From NCBI GenBank assembly GCA_016195715.1, contig JACPZA010000032.1, forward strand, positions 1-59,012: a stretch of DNA of 59,012 nt, in the 5' to 3' direction. Numbering within the stretch: the stretch's first letter is position 1; every line of letters starts with the position of its first letter. Below the pieces are notes generated by a model. That model was given only the letters and a program-made list of their open reading frames with translations, ran no database searches and was not told the DNA's origin. Position numbers and translations under genes: made by a program. The stretch is from Candidatus Daviesbacteria bacterium. Its GTDB lineage: Bacteria; Patescibacteriota; Microgenomatia; Daviesbacterales; UBA10151. This document shows positions 1-8,607 of the stretch, one piece after another.

Positions 1-114
1 AAGATCATCATTATTTCTGTGAACCCATTCAGTGTGTGTTTCATCCCTTCTATCTCTAGCAACAATAAACTGGTCTTTTGATAGTTCTGGTTGTGGACGC
101 TCTTTTGGTGGCAT
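1..114 (-). CDS. 5' part of a hypothetical protein, truncated by the window edge (MPPKERPQPELSKDQFIVARDRRDETHTEWVHRNNDDL...)
   Basis: Hand translation: ATG at 114 on the minus strand, open to base 1, divergent from the ligase. Confidence 0.6.
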   Translation of the reverse strand, partial: MPPKERPQPELSKDQFIVARDRRDETHTEWVHRNNDDL

Positions 115-149
115 AAATTTAGTTGTTAATTGTTTTAAATAATATCACA

Positions 150-179
150 TTGCTCAAAATGGTAAATTTAGTATAAAAT
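150..179 (+). promoter_or_regulatory. sigma70-type promoter of the ligase (TTGCTC-18-TAAAAT), 6 nt before the ATG
   Basis: Hexamers read directly; no Shine-Dalgarno possible in the 6-nt gap. Confidence 0.5.
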
Positions 180-185
180 CCAATC

Positions 186-2972
186 ATGACTTTTGGAAAA
201 CTTACAGAATATTTTGAAAAGCTAGAGGAAACTTCAAGTAGGCTCTCTTTGATTGAAATCCTCTCTCAACTTTTTAAAGAAGTTGATGAAAAAGATATTG
301 CTAAAGTAGCTTACTTAATTCAAGGCCGAGTTGCGCCGTTTTATGAACCAGTGGAAATTGGCATGGCAGAAAAGAGTGTAGCAGCTGCAATTGCTAAAGC
401 TTATGGACTTTCTCGGGAAGAAGTTTTAGCTGAATATGGTAGAGTTGGAGATTTGGGTAAAGTGGCTTTGGAATTAGCCAAGAAAGCTCATGTTAAAGAG
501 CAAAACCAAAGCATAGCAGAGGTCTTTAAAGTTTTAACAGAGATTGCACATATTTCTGGTGAGGGAACTGTTGAAAAGAGGTTGAATTTATTAGTAGATC
601 TACTTTCTAAAGTTGATCCAATCTCTGCCAAGCATTTAGTTAGAATTCCTTTGGGTACATCCAGGCTTGGGATTGGTGACCCAACTGTATTAGATGGGTT
701 TGCAACAGCTAAATTAGGGGATAAATCAAAGCGCAAGTTGCTTGAGGGAGCATATAATAAAGTTTCAGATTTAGGGTTAATTGGAGAGACTTTATGGAAA
801 TCTGGGCTTAAAGGCGTTGAAAAATTAGATGTTATGGTTGGAAGACCCTTGCGTTCTCAATTGGCAGAAAGATTACCCACTCCAGAGAAAGTGATAGAAA
901 AATTTGAAGGCAAAGCTCATGTTCAATATAAATATGATGGGTTTCGCTGTGTAGGAGGTTTTACTCCAATATATGTAAAAGATAAGGGAATCACATCAAT
1001 GCGAGATCTTAGAGTGGGTGATAAAGTTTTAACTAAAAGTGGATCTTTCAAAACAGTTTTAGCCAAAAATAAAAGAACTATTAAAAAGAATGAAAAATTA
1101 TTTAAATTTCAAACCTACTTAGGTGAGAGTATCAAAGTTTCAGAAGGTCATCCCATACTGACATTTAAAGATGGTCAAGAAAAATGGGTAAATATAGAAA
1201 ATATCACAGCAGGAGATGAAGTAATTTTCCCGATTCCTCAATTTCCGCCCAATAATCCTCACCCAGCCCCAGAAAAATTAGACTTACAAACAATATCTGG
1301 CTACAAAAAAACTTTTCAATTAAATGAGAGTTTCTATCGATTTCTAGGATTCTGGATTGGTGATGGTTTTACTAATGATTATCATAACACTGAAAGAGTG
1401 GGATTATTGTTTAATGGAAAAACTGAGGTTGGGCTGGCAAGTTTTTATAAAAAAATAGTCACAGAAACTTTATTTATCCCAAAAATCTCTATTTCAAAAA
1501 CCGCCGCTAAAGGATGTTTAACTCTATATTGGCGTGATGAACCATTAAAACACTGGCTTTCAACTTATTTTAGAAGAGAGTGGGTGGGTAAAATGTTACC
1601 TGAATGGTTTGTACACGTAAGTAAGAAAAATTTCCAACAATTTTTACAAGGATGGATTGAGTCTGATGGGTCAGTAGATAAAGATGGAGTAACCAAAATA
1701 ATTACAAAAGAAAGAGATTTAGCTGCACTAGCTCAATTAATAGCATTATCCCATGGTATAGTTATTGGTTTACATTATATTAGAATTAAAAAAGCTCTGA
1801 AAGGAGCAATAGATAAAACTTATTATCAGCTAGTAATCCCAAAAACCACTAGAAAAGCATATATAAAAGATAATAAATTATTGGTTAAAGTTCTAAGAAA
1901 TGAGGAGATAAAAAGACGCGACTCGCGAATTCAGCTTTACGATATTCAAGTGCAAGATGAAGAAAGTTTTTGTGCTCCAATGGTAACTTTGCATAATTGT
2001 CAAATTCATAAAATGGATAAAAAAGTCAGATTATTTTCTAGAAACTTAGAAGAAACTACTTTAATGTTTCCAGATTTAATTCAAGGAGTATTAAATCAAA
2101 TTAAAGCTAAATCAGTTATTTTAGACTCAGAAGCGCTAGCTTTTAATCCAGAATCCGAAGAATTTTTACCATTTCAAGAAACTACCAAAAGAAGAAGGAA
2201 ATATGATATAGCAGAGATGGCTAAAAAGCTACCACTGCGGGCATTTGTCTTTGACATTATGTATTTAAATGGTCGTTCTTTAGTAGATTTGCCGCTAGCT
2301 GAGCGAATCAAGCTTTTAAAAGAAACAATTAGAGGAGATGAAGTTTTAATCCCCCAACCAGGTGAAATAACTTCTGATGCTAAAAGAGTGGAAACATTAT
2401 TTGATGATGCACTGACCAAAGGGTTAGAGGGTTTAATTGTTAAGCGCCCTGATTCAAAATATGAAGCTGGAGCCAGAAATTTTAATTGGGTAAAATTAAA
2501 ACGCCATTCAAATGGTGAACTTAAAGATACTATAGATTGTGTGATTTTAGGCTATATTTTTGGTCGGGGGAAAAGAGCAGCGTTTGGAGCTGGAGCTCTA
2601 CTCGTTGGAGTTTATGATAAAGCTAAAGATGAGTTTGTAACTGTTTCAAAAATTGGCACTGGTTTAACTGATGATGAGTGGCGAGAGATTCATAAACGTG
2701 CTGATAAAATTAAAGTTGATAAAAAGCCAGCCAGAGTTAATTCTTTATTAGTTCCATCTGTTTGGATTAAACCAGAGATTGTGATAGAAGTTTTAGCTGA
2801 TGAGATAACTAAATCTCCAACTCACACAGCTGGTAAAGATGAATCTGGAGTGGGTTATGCATTAAGATTTCCCAGATTGGTCAAATTTAGAGAAAAGGAC
2901 AAAACTGCTGAGGATGCAACTACTGTAAAAGAATTAGTTGAGATGTATGAGCAACAGTATTCTAAAAAATAA
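186..2972 (+). CDS. lig: ATP-dependent DNA ligase (archaeal/eukaryotic LigI-like, with N-terminal DNA-binding domain), intein-containing precursor
   Basis: Motif I KYDGFR, motif III LDSE, FVFDIMY, EGLIVK, WVKLK and C-terminal OB-fold LRFPR. Confidence 0.95.
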   Translation: MTFGKLTEYFEKLEETSSRLSLIEILSQLFKEVDEKDIAKVAYLIQGRVAPFYEPVEIGMAEKSVAAAIAKAYGLSREEVLAEYGRVGDLGKVALELAKKAHVKEQNQSIAEVFKVLTEIAHISGEGTVEKRLNLLVDLLSKVDPISAKHLVRIPLGTSRLGIGDPTVLDGFATAKLGDKSKRKLLEGAYNKVSDLGLIGETLWKSGLKGVEKLDVMVGRPLRSQLAERLPTPEKVIEKFEGKAHVQYKYDGFRCVGGFTPIYVKDKGITSMRDLRVGDKVLTKSGSFKTVLAKNKRTIKKNEKLFKFQTYLGESIKVSEGHPILTFKDGQEKWVNIENITAGDEVIFPIPQFPPNNPHPAPEKLDLQTISGYKKTFQLNESFYRFLGFWIGDGFTNDYHNTERVGLLFNGKTEVGLASFYKKIVTETLFIPKISISKTAAKGCLTLYWRDEPLKHWLSTYFRREWVGKMLPEWFVHVSKKNFQQFLQGWIESDGSVDKDGVTKIITKERDLAALAQLIALSHGIVIGLHYIRIKKALKGAIDKTYYQLVIPKTTRKAYIKDNKLLVKVLRNEEIKRRDSRIQLYDIQVQDEESFCAPMVTLHNCQIHKMDKKVRLFSRNLEETTLMFPDLIQGVLNQIKAKSVILDSEALAFNPESEEFLPFQETTKRRRKYDIAEMAKKLPLRAFVFDIMYLNGRSLVDLPLAERIKLLKETIRGDEVLIPQPGEITSDAKRVETLFDDALTKGLEGLIVKRPDSKYEAGARNFNWVKLKRHSNGELKDTIDCVILGYIFGRGKRAAFGAGALLVGVYDKAKDEFVTVSKIGTGLTDDEWREIHKRADKIKVDKKPARVNSLLVPSVWIKPEIVIEVLADEITKSPTHTAGKDESGVGYALRFPRLVKFREKDKTAEDATTVKELVEMYEQQYSKK
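948..1997 (+). mobile_element. 350-aa intein with LAGLIDADG homing endonuclease domain
   Basis: Begins with Cys (TGT at 948) after KYDGFR, ends TLHN, +1 residue is Cys. Removal restores KYDGFR-CQIHK. EGHP block B; LGFWIGDG and GWIESDG endonuclease motifs. Confidence 0.93.
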
Positions 2973-3011
2973 TTCTCTTTCCTTGCTTTTAATAAATTTT
3001 ATTGTAAAATC

Positions 3012-3881
3012 GTGCTTAATAAAGCAAGCATTATGCGATTTCCTGAAAGTAGATTAAATTATTTTAAAGAAGCTGGAGCATTACCAGCTAAAGCCTTAAG
3101 AGGTTTGTCAAAATCTTTTCAGTTTAGAAATCCTCTAAATAATATAAGCAGAGAAACTGCAATTTTAGCTACTATAGCTATTCCACTAATTGCAGCTTGT
3201 GGTTCGGTAGTTCCAGGACAAGAATCTTCTCCCAGATTAGATCCTACTATGACCATACCTCCTTTACCAACAATTGTTGCTAAACCGACAATCACATTTG
3301 AGCCAGTAGCAACACCGCTACCTTTGACTAAGCAAGAACTTATTTTTGCTCAGAGATTAAATGCCCAAGAACAGATAATTATTAAAAGTCATATTAACCC
3401 AGATTATTTAGCAAGTTTTAACATCGGTCCTGATCCAAAAGAGGATGGGATAGCTTGGTTCTGGTTAGCTAAATATAGAAATGGTCACCTCCAAAACTCA
3501 GCTCAAATTGGTAATAACAATGATCCGCAAATGATTTCTGTTGATATCCGTTATAAAGAAGAAATTCCTATAGAAGCTCAATTAATTTTAAAACTTGATC
3601 CTTTAGCAAACGGTTCAACTAAATCTTTTAAAGATGGTCAAACTCGCTATACAAAAGATAATTTTAAAGCTAGAGCAGCTCAAATTTTTAGATTGGAAAA
3701 TATTGATTGGAATAATTCAAGAAATCTCCAAGCTGCTAGTTTATCAAATAGTTCTTTAGATCCAATAAAATATAGTGGTTTTGCTACTAGCTATAATGGA
3801 GAAAAGTTGAATGTTACTATCAGCGCAAATGGGGTAGTGACACTTAGAATTAATAATCTTTATATGAGTCCCTTTCAGTAA
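3012..3881 (+). CDS. Hypothetical lipoprotein-like protein (start may be ATG at 3033)
   Basis: Long ORF; hydrophobic stretch ending LIAAC followed by a Pro/Thr-rich linker. Confidence 0.65.
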   Translation: MLNKASIMRFPESRLNYFKEAGALPAKALRGLSKSFQFRNPLNNISRETAILATIAIPLIAACGSVVPGQESSPRLDPTMTIPPLPTIVAKPTITFEPVATPLPLTKQELIFAQRLNAQEQIIIKSHINPDYLASFNIGPDPKEDGIAWFWLAKYRNGHLQNSAQIGNNNDPQMISVDIRYKEEIPIEAQLILKLDPLANGSTKSFKDGQTRYTKDNFKARAAQIFRLENIDWNNSRNLQAASLSNSSLDPIKYSGFATSYNGEKLNVTISANGVVTLRINNLYMSPFQ

Positions 3882-4695
3882 GAAATCTCCTAAAAAAAAG
3901 CGCCTGACTGTTTTGAAAAGTTTGTTGCTTTAAGTCATTTGGATCAATTTTTAACAACTTAGCTAAAAACTCAGCAATAATATTTAAATTAGCTGGAGTG
4001 TTGGGAAATTTTAAGCCAGTTGGGAGTAAATAGGGGGAGTCAGTTTCTAAAACTAGTAAATTTAAAGGAATTTTTTTAACAAATTCTTGTTTGGCTTTGT
4101 CATATGTTATATCACCATCGATTCCTATAAAAATTTGATGGGCTTTGGCAAAAGCTAGCAGTTTTTGATCTGGTTCACAGCAATGAAAAACAGTTTTACC
4201 TTCTAAAGATTTATCCCAATTTTCTTCTAAAACTTCTAGTGTTTCTTCTACAGCTTCTCTATTGTGAATAATTAGGGATTTTTGGTGCTTTAGGGCTAAT
4301 TTAATTTGTGCTGCAAAAGCTTTTTTTTGTAAATTAATAAATTTTTCAGTGATCTGATAGTTTTTATGTTTAGTTTTTTGATAAACATGTCTATCCATTC
4401 CAACTTCTCCAATAGCAACAACTTTATTTTGAGTTATCAGCTCTTCAACTTTTTTTAAATGCTCATCTAAAACTTCTGGAGTGTCATGATGTTCAAAAAT
4501 ATGGTGAGGGTGAATCCCAACAGCAGCATATAAGCAGTCTATTTTTTGAGCTAACTCAACAGCTTTTTTGGAAGTCTTAACATTTGTCCCTACTACAATC
4601 ATTTTCTCAACTCCAGCTTTTAGCGCTTCTTTAATAACTTGATCTACACTATTTTCAAAAGCACGAAACTGCAAGTGAGTGTGGGTATCAATCAT
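3850..4695 (-). CDS. tatD: TatD-family DNase
   Basis: IDTHTHL, GIHPH, AIGEVGMD, IIHNRE, VFHC and ETDSPYL motifs. Confidence 0.93.
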   Translation of the reverse strand: MIDTHTHLQFRAFENSVDQVIKEALKAGVEKMIVVGTNVKTSKKAVELAQKIDCLYAAVGIHPHHIFEHHDTPEVLDEHLKKVEELITQNKVVAIGEVGMDRHVYQKTKHKNYQITEKFINLQKKAFAAQIKLALKHQKSLIIHNREAVEETLEVLEENWDKSLEGKTVFHCCEPDQKLLAFAKAHQIFIGIDGDITYDKAKQEFVKKIPLNLLVLETDSPYLLPTGLKFPNTPANLNIIAEFLAKLLKIDPNDLKQQTFQNSQALFFRRFLTERDSYKDY

Positions 4696-6043
4696 TTTTT
4701 AGTTTGGAAAGTTTAGGATAAATGGCGGAAATTAAATAGAGAGAACCAGTTATTACAACTTTTTTTTGTGAATCATTTATTATACTTTTTAAAGCTTGAT
4801 TTGGGTTTTTAATTACTTGGTAATTATTAAAATTTAACTGATCTAACTGTTGTGTTAAAAAGTCAGCACTCTCAGAATTATGTTGACCATGCTGAACAAC
4901 TGCAAACTCAGTTATTATAATTTTTGCTGCTAAGGGTGTAATAGTTTTTAACATTTTAGTAGAATCTTTACCTTTAACAAAGTTGGTTAAAAACTCAAAT
5001 TTAGTGTTGGGAAAAATCTTTTTTAGGCTTGAAACTAGACTTTCCATTTTTTGAGGATTATGTGCTCCATCAACAATTAAAATCTTATTTTTCAGTTTGT
5101 ATATCTCAAATCGTCCGATAAATAAGGCTGAATTAAGAGCCTGGCGTATTTTATTTTCATGGAATAAAAACTTGTCTCTGTTGCTTAAAATAATTACTGC
5201 AACCAGAGCTAAACTAGCATTTTCTATTTGATAATCACCAATCATAGATAAAGATAGATTATTTAATTGCTGATCTAGAAAATTGAAGTTAAAGAGGGTG
5301 TGTTCGAGGTTACTCTCAATTATTTTGTAATTTTTGAGAGGTTCAATTGTATATAAATGAGCTGATTTTAAAGTAACTGTATTTTGAATTATTTTTTGAG
5401 CTTTCGGTTGTTGTAAAACCGTAATGACTAAGTTTTTTTGTTGAATAATTCCAGCTTTTTGAACTGCTATTTTATCAATTGTATCTCCTAAAATATCGGT
5501 ATGATCTAATCCAATTCTGGTTATCACTGAGAGTTTGTTTGGATTATTAACTGCGTTTGTTGCATCAAATAGACCTCCTAAACCAGTCTCTATAACTGCA
5601 TAATCTAGTTTGTCTTGATAAAAAATATCAAATGCTAAAGCAGTGGTAATTTCAAAGAAACTTAGTTCCCCAAAATCAGATTTTTCTGTTTTCTCTATTA
5701 TTGGGATTAATTTATTTAAGTAATTTATAAATTTTTGTTCTGAGACTAGTTTGTTATTAATTTGGAAACGCTCTCTTAAATTAACGATATGTGGTGATTG
5801 GTATAAGCCAGTTGTTTTTCCTAGAGAAATTAATAAATGACTAATCAAATAAGAGGTTGAACCTTTACCAGATGTTCCAGCTATATGAATAACTTTTATT
5901 TTTTCTTGGGGATTATCCAGTAACTTAAGAAAATATTTTAATCTGTCTAAACCCCAGTTTCCTTGGTATTTTGAATTATAATTTTGAGGAATTTTGGAAA
6001 TTAAATAATTTTCTGCCTCCAAAAAAGTTTTAAATTGATTCAT
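4688..6043 (-). CDS. folC: Folylpolyglutamate synthase/dihydrofolate synthase
   Basis: HIAGTSGKGS, SPH..ERF, ETGLGG.DATN, DHTDILG, DGAHNP and TGSLY motifs. Confidence 0.93.
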   Translation of the reverse strand: MNQFKTFLEAENYLISKIPQNYNSKYQGNWGLDRLKYFLKLLDNPQEKIKVIHIAGTSGKGSTSYLISHLLISLGKTTGLYQSPHIVNLRERFQINNKLVSEQKFINYLNKLIPIIEKTEKSDFGELSFFEITTALAFDIFYQDKLDYAVIETGLGGLFDATNAVNNPNKLSVITRIGLDHTDILGDTIDKIAVQKAGIIQQKNLVITVLQQPKAQKIIQNTVTLKSAHLYTIEPLKNYKIIESNLEHTLFNFNFLDQQLNNLSLSMIGDYQIENASLALVAVIILSNRDKFLFHENKIRQALNSALFIGRFEIYKLKNKILIVDGAHNPQKMESLVSSLKKIFPNTKFEFLTNFVKGKDSTKMLKTITPLAAKIIITEFAVVQHGQHNSESADFLTQQLDQLNFNNYQVIKNPNQALKSIINDSQKKVVITGSLYLISAIYPKLSKLKND

Positions 6044-6568
6044 TTATATAATTTGGTATTTTAATAATAATGTTCCTTGTTGATTTAATTTTTCCAGACT
6101 TTTTAATTTTAAATGAATATCAAAATTTTCCTCTGTTACTAAACCATTGCCCTCTCCAAAAACTAATGGTTCTATAGTTAGCCAAAGTTCATTAATTAAT
6201 TTGTCTTTAAAAAATTGGCTATTTAGATCTGCTCCACCAAGCAAGAGCAGTTGTTTATAGCCTAATCCAGTTAATCTTTGTATTAACTTTTTTGGTAGTT
6301 CTTCGCTAAACTCAAGTTGATTTTTGACTGCCAACTTTTGATAAATTTTTGGAGATTTTGTTAAAACTATTCTTAAAATATTAGGTTTTAATTGAATAAT
6401 AGATTTAGCAGCTTCGTAAGTTTTTCTTCCCATGACAATTAAGTTTTGAGAATTAATTAGTTTATGTAAATATTCCTTATCTTCTTTAGAATTCCACTGT
6501 CCAGGAGGTAAACTACCCTTTGTAGATTTACCATTAACTGATGTCACCATTGCTAAAATTATTTTCAT
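6044..6568 (-). CDS. Dihydrofolate reductase / RibD C-terminal family protein
   Basis: SVNGK, MGRKTYE, LLGGA and INELWLTIEPLVFGEG motifs; abuts folC. Confidence 0.8.
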   Translation of the reverse strand: MKIILAMVTSVNGKSTKGSLPPGQWNSKEDKEYLHKLINSQNLIVMGRKTYEAAKSIIQLKPNILRIVLTKSPKIYQKLAVKNQLEFSEELPKKLIQRLTGLGYKQLLLLGGADLNSQFFKDKLINELWLTIEPLVFGEGNGLVTEENFDIHLKLKSLEKLNQQGTLLLKYQII

Positions 6569-6593
6569 AGTAGCTATTGTAACAGGATTAAAT

Positions 6594-7250
6594 TTAGGCA
6601 GGAAGAAAACTTTTGGGAAGAAGGTTTTTGTGAGTTAAAAAGTTTAGTAGTTGTTTCATTACTAAATATGATCCAGCTATGCCTAAAGCAAACAGAGTTC
6701 TTTCTTCAATTACTACTGGAATTAATCCTTGCCAGATGGAAGCTGGCAAATTAAATGCCCAAATCCAAGCTGCACCACCAACTGAGTGAGCTGTAAATGT
6801 TGATCCCAAGCTTTTAATTAATAAATTATTTCTTTTAAAGTAAGCAATCAAAGGAATTGTCCAAAATAGTGCAAAATACCAAACTTGTTTGCCAACCGGG
6901 TTTGCCCAAAAAGCTAGGATAGCTAAGATTGGTACAAGTAAAATTAGCTTGGAATAATTATTTTTCTTTTGGATAAGGGAAAAATATAACAGCGCAAACA
7001 GCACTGGAAATAATCTAATTAACACTCCAGTTGTTAGGGATGTGTGTTTAATGAGTAAATTTATAATTTCAATTCCTAAAACTGAAAGCACCCCAAAAGC
7101 TGATCCTAAAAAAGCCCCAGAGATTGGTCCAAAGAAATCAAATAAAGTAAATGAAACATTTGATCCAGCTAGTTTGGTAAAAGGAATTTGCAAAGTTATA
7201 AAGCCTAGAACACTAAATATTGCAAAAAAGATCAGCTGTTTAGTTTTCAT
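6594..7250 (-). CDS. Multi-pass membrane protein, possible ECF S-component-like vitamin transporter
   Basis: About 6 hydrophobic segments in about 218 aa; first gene of the DHFR-folC-tatD run. The function is inference. Confidence 0.55.
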   Translation of the reverse strand: MKTKQLIFFAIFSVLGFITLQIPFTKLAGSNVSFTLFDFFGPISGAFLGSAFGVLSVLGIEIINLLIKHTSLTTGVLIRLFPVLFALLYFSLIQKKNNYSKLILLVPILAILAFWANPVGKQVWYFALFWTIPLIAYFKRNNLLIKSLGSTFTAHSVGGAAWIWAFNLPASIWQGLIPVVIEERTLFALGIAGSYLVMKQLLNFLTHKNLLPKSFLPA

Positions 7251-7313
7251 TGCAGCCAAAGATTAATATATAAGGTTTAGATTGTCAAGATTGATGAGGT
7301 ATAATCAAAACCC

Positions 7314-8582
7314 ATGGCTTATGTTGCTGATTTACACATTCACTCCAGGTTTTCCAGAGCTTGTTCCAGTCAACTAAATATTCCAAATTTAGCAAAATGG
7401 AGTCAGTTTAAAGGGATTGATTTAATGGGCACAGGAGATTGCTTGCATCCCTTGTGGCAAACAGAGCTAAAGTCAGTTTTAAAAGATGTAGGTGATGGAA
7501 CTTATCTTTATGGTGGAACCAAGTTCATTTTAACTACTGAAGTAGCTTGTATTTACTCTGAGGGAGGCAGCGTCCATCGGATCCATATCTTAATTTTTTT
7601 ACCAAGTTTAGATTCTACCTTTAAACTTTCTGAAGTTTTAACTAAAAAAGGAATTAATTTAGTTTCAGATGGCAGACCAATTATGGGGATGAGCACTAAA
7701 GCTTTGTGTGAAATAGTTTTTAGCGTTGAACCAAAAGCATTGATTATTCCAGCCCATATTTGGACACCTTGGTTTTCACTTTTTGGGTCAGAGTCTGGAT
7801 ATGATAAATTTTCAGATTGCTTTGGTGATTTTTCAGATCAAATTTATGGAATTGAAACTGGCTTATCAAGTGAGCCAGCCATGAACTGGCGGGTTTCACA
7901 ACTAGATCAAAAATCCATTTTATCTTTTTCAGATGCCCATTCTTTGCCTAGATTGGGTAGGGAAGTCACTATCTTTGGTGGGCAACCCTCATTTTTGGAT
8001 TTGAGTAAAGATTTAAAACTTAAAAATATCATTGGCACAATTGAATTTTTTCCAGAAGAGGGTAAGTATCATTATTCAGGACACAGAAATTGTAATGTAG
8101 TTTATTCCCCTGAAGAGTTAAAGCAAAAAGGCGAGGTCTGCCCAGTTTGTAAAAAAAGATTAACTGTTGGGGTAATGGCGCGAGTTGAGGATTTGGCAAC
8201 TAGGACAAATGAGCAGTTAGAAATTATCAATGATAGTGGAGTTATTAAATCAAAAGCTTATCCCAAAAGAGCTGGTTTTAGAATGTTAGTTCAACTAGAA
8301 GAAATTTTAGCAGAGAGTTTAAATTCTAGTGTTTCATCACAAAAGGTCAAAGATTTATATCAAAGATTAGTCACAACTCTTGATCCAGAATTAAAAATTT
8401 TAACTAAAACTAAAATAGAATTAATTGCTATGTCTGCTGGAGAAAAAATAGCTGAGGGTGTGAAAAGAGTAAGAGAAGGGAAGTTAACTATTGAACCAGG
8501 CTATGACAATACCTACGGCAAGGTCAAAATTTTTAATGAGGAAGAAGAGAGTAAAAAACAAGAACAAATCAGTTTATTCTGA
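7314..8582 (+). CDS. Endonuclease Q family (PHP domain plus Zn ribbon) protein
   Basis: DLHIHSRFS, PAHIWTPW, ETGLSS, FSDAHS, GKYHYSGHRNC and CPVC motifs. Confidence 0.85.
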   Translation: MAYVADLHIHSRFSRACSSQLNIPNLAKWSQFKGIDLMGTGDCLHPLWQTELKSVLKDVGDGTYLYGGTKFILTTEVACIYSEGGSVHRIHILIFLPSLDSTFKLSEVLTKKGINLVSDGRPIMGMSTKALCEIVFSVEPKALIIPAHIWTPWFSLFGSESGYDKFSDCFGDFSDQIYGIETGLSSEPAMNWRVSQLDQKSILSFSDAHSLPRLGREVTIFGGQPSFLDLSKDLKLKNIIGTIEFFPEEGKYHYSGHRNCNVVYSPEELKQKGEVCPVCKKRLTVGVMARVEDLATRTNEQLEIINDSGVIKSKAYPKRAGFRMLVQLEEILAESLNSSVSSQKVKDLYQRLVTTLDPELKILTKTKIELIAMSAGEKIAEGVKRVREGKLTIEPGYDNTYGKVKIFNEEEESKKQEQISLF

Positions 8583-8607
8583 AAGAAGAGCCTCGTTCAT
8601 TCTGATA

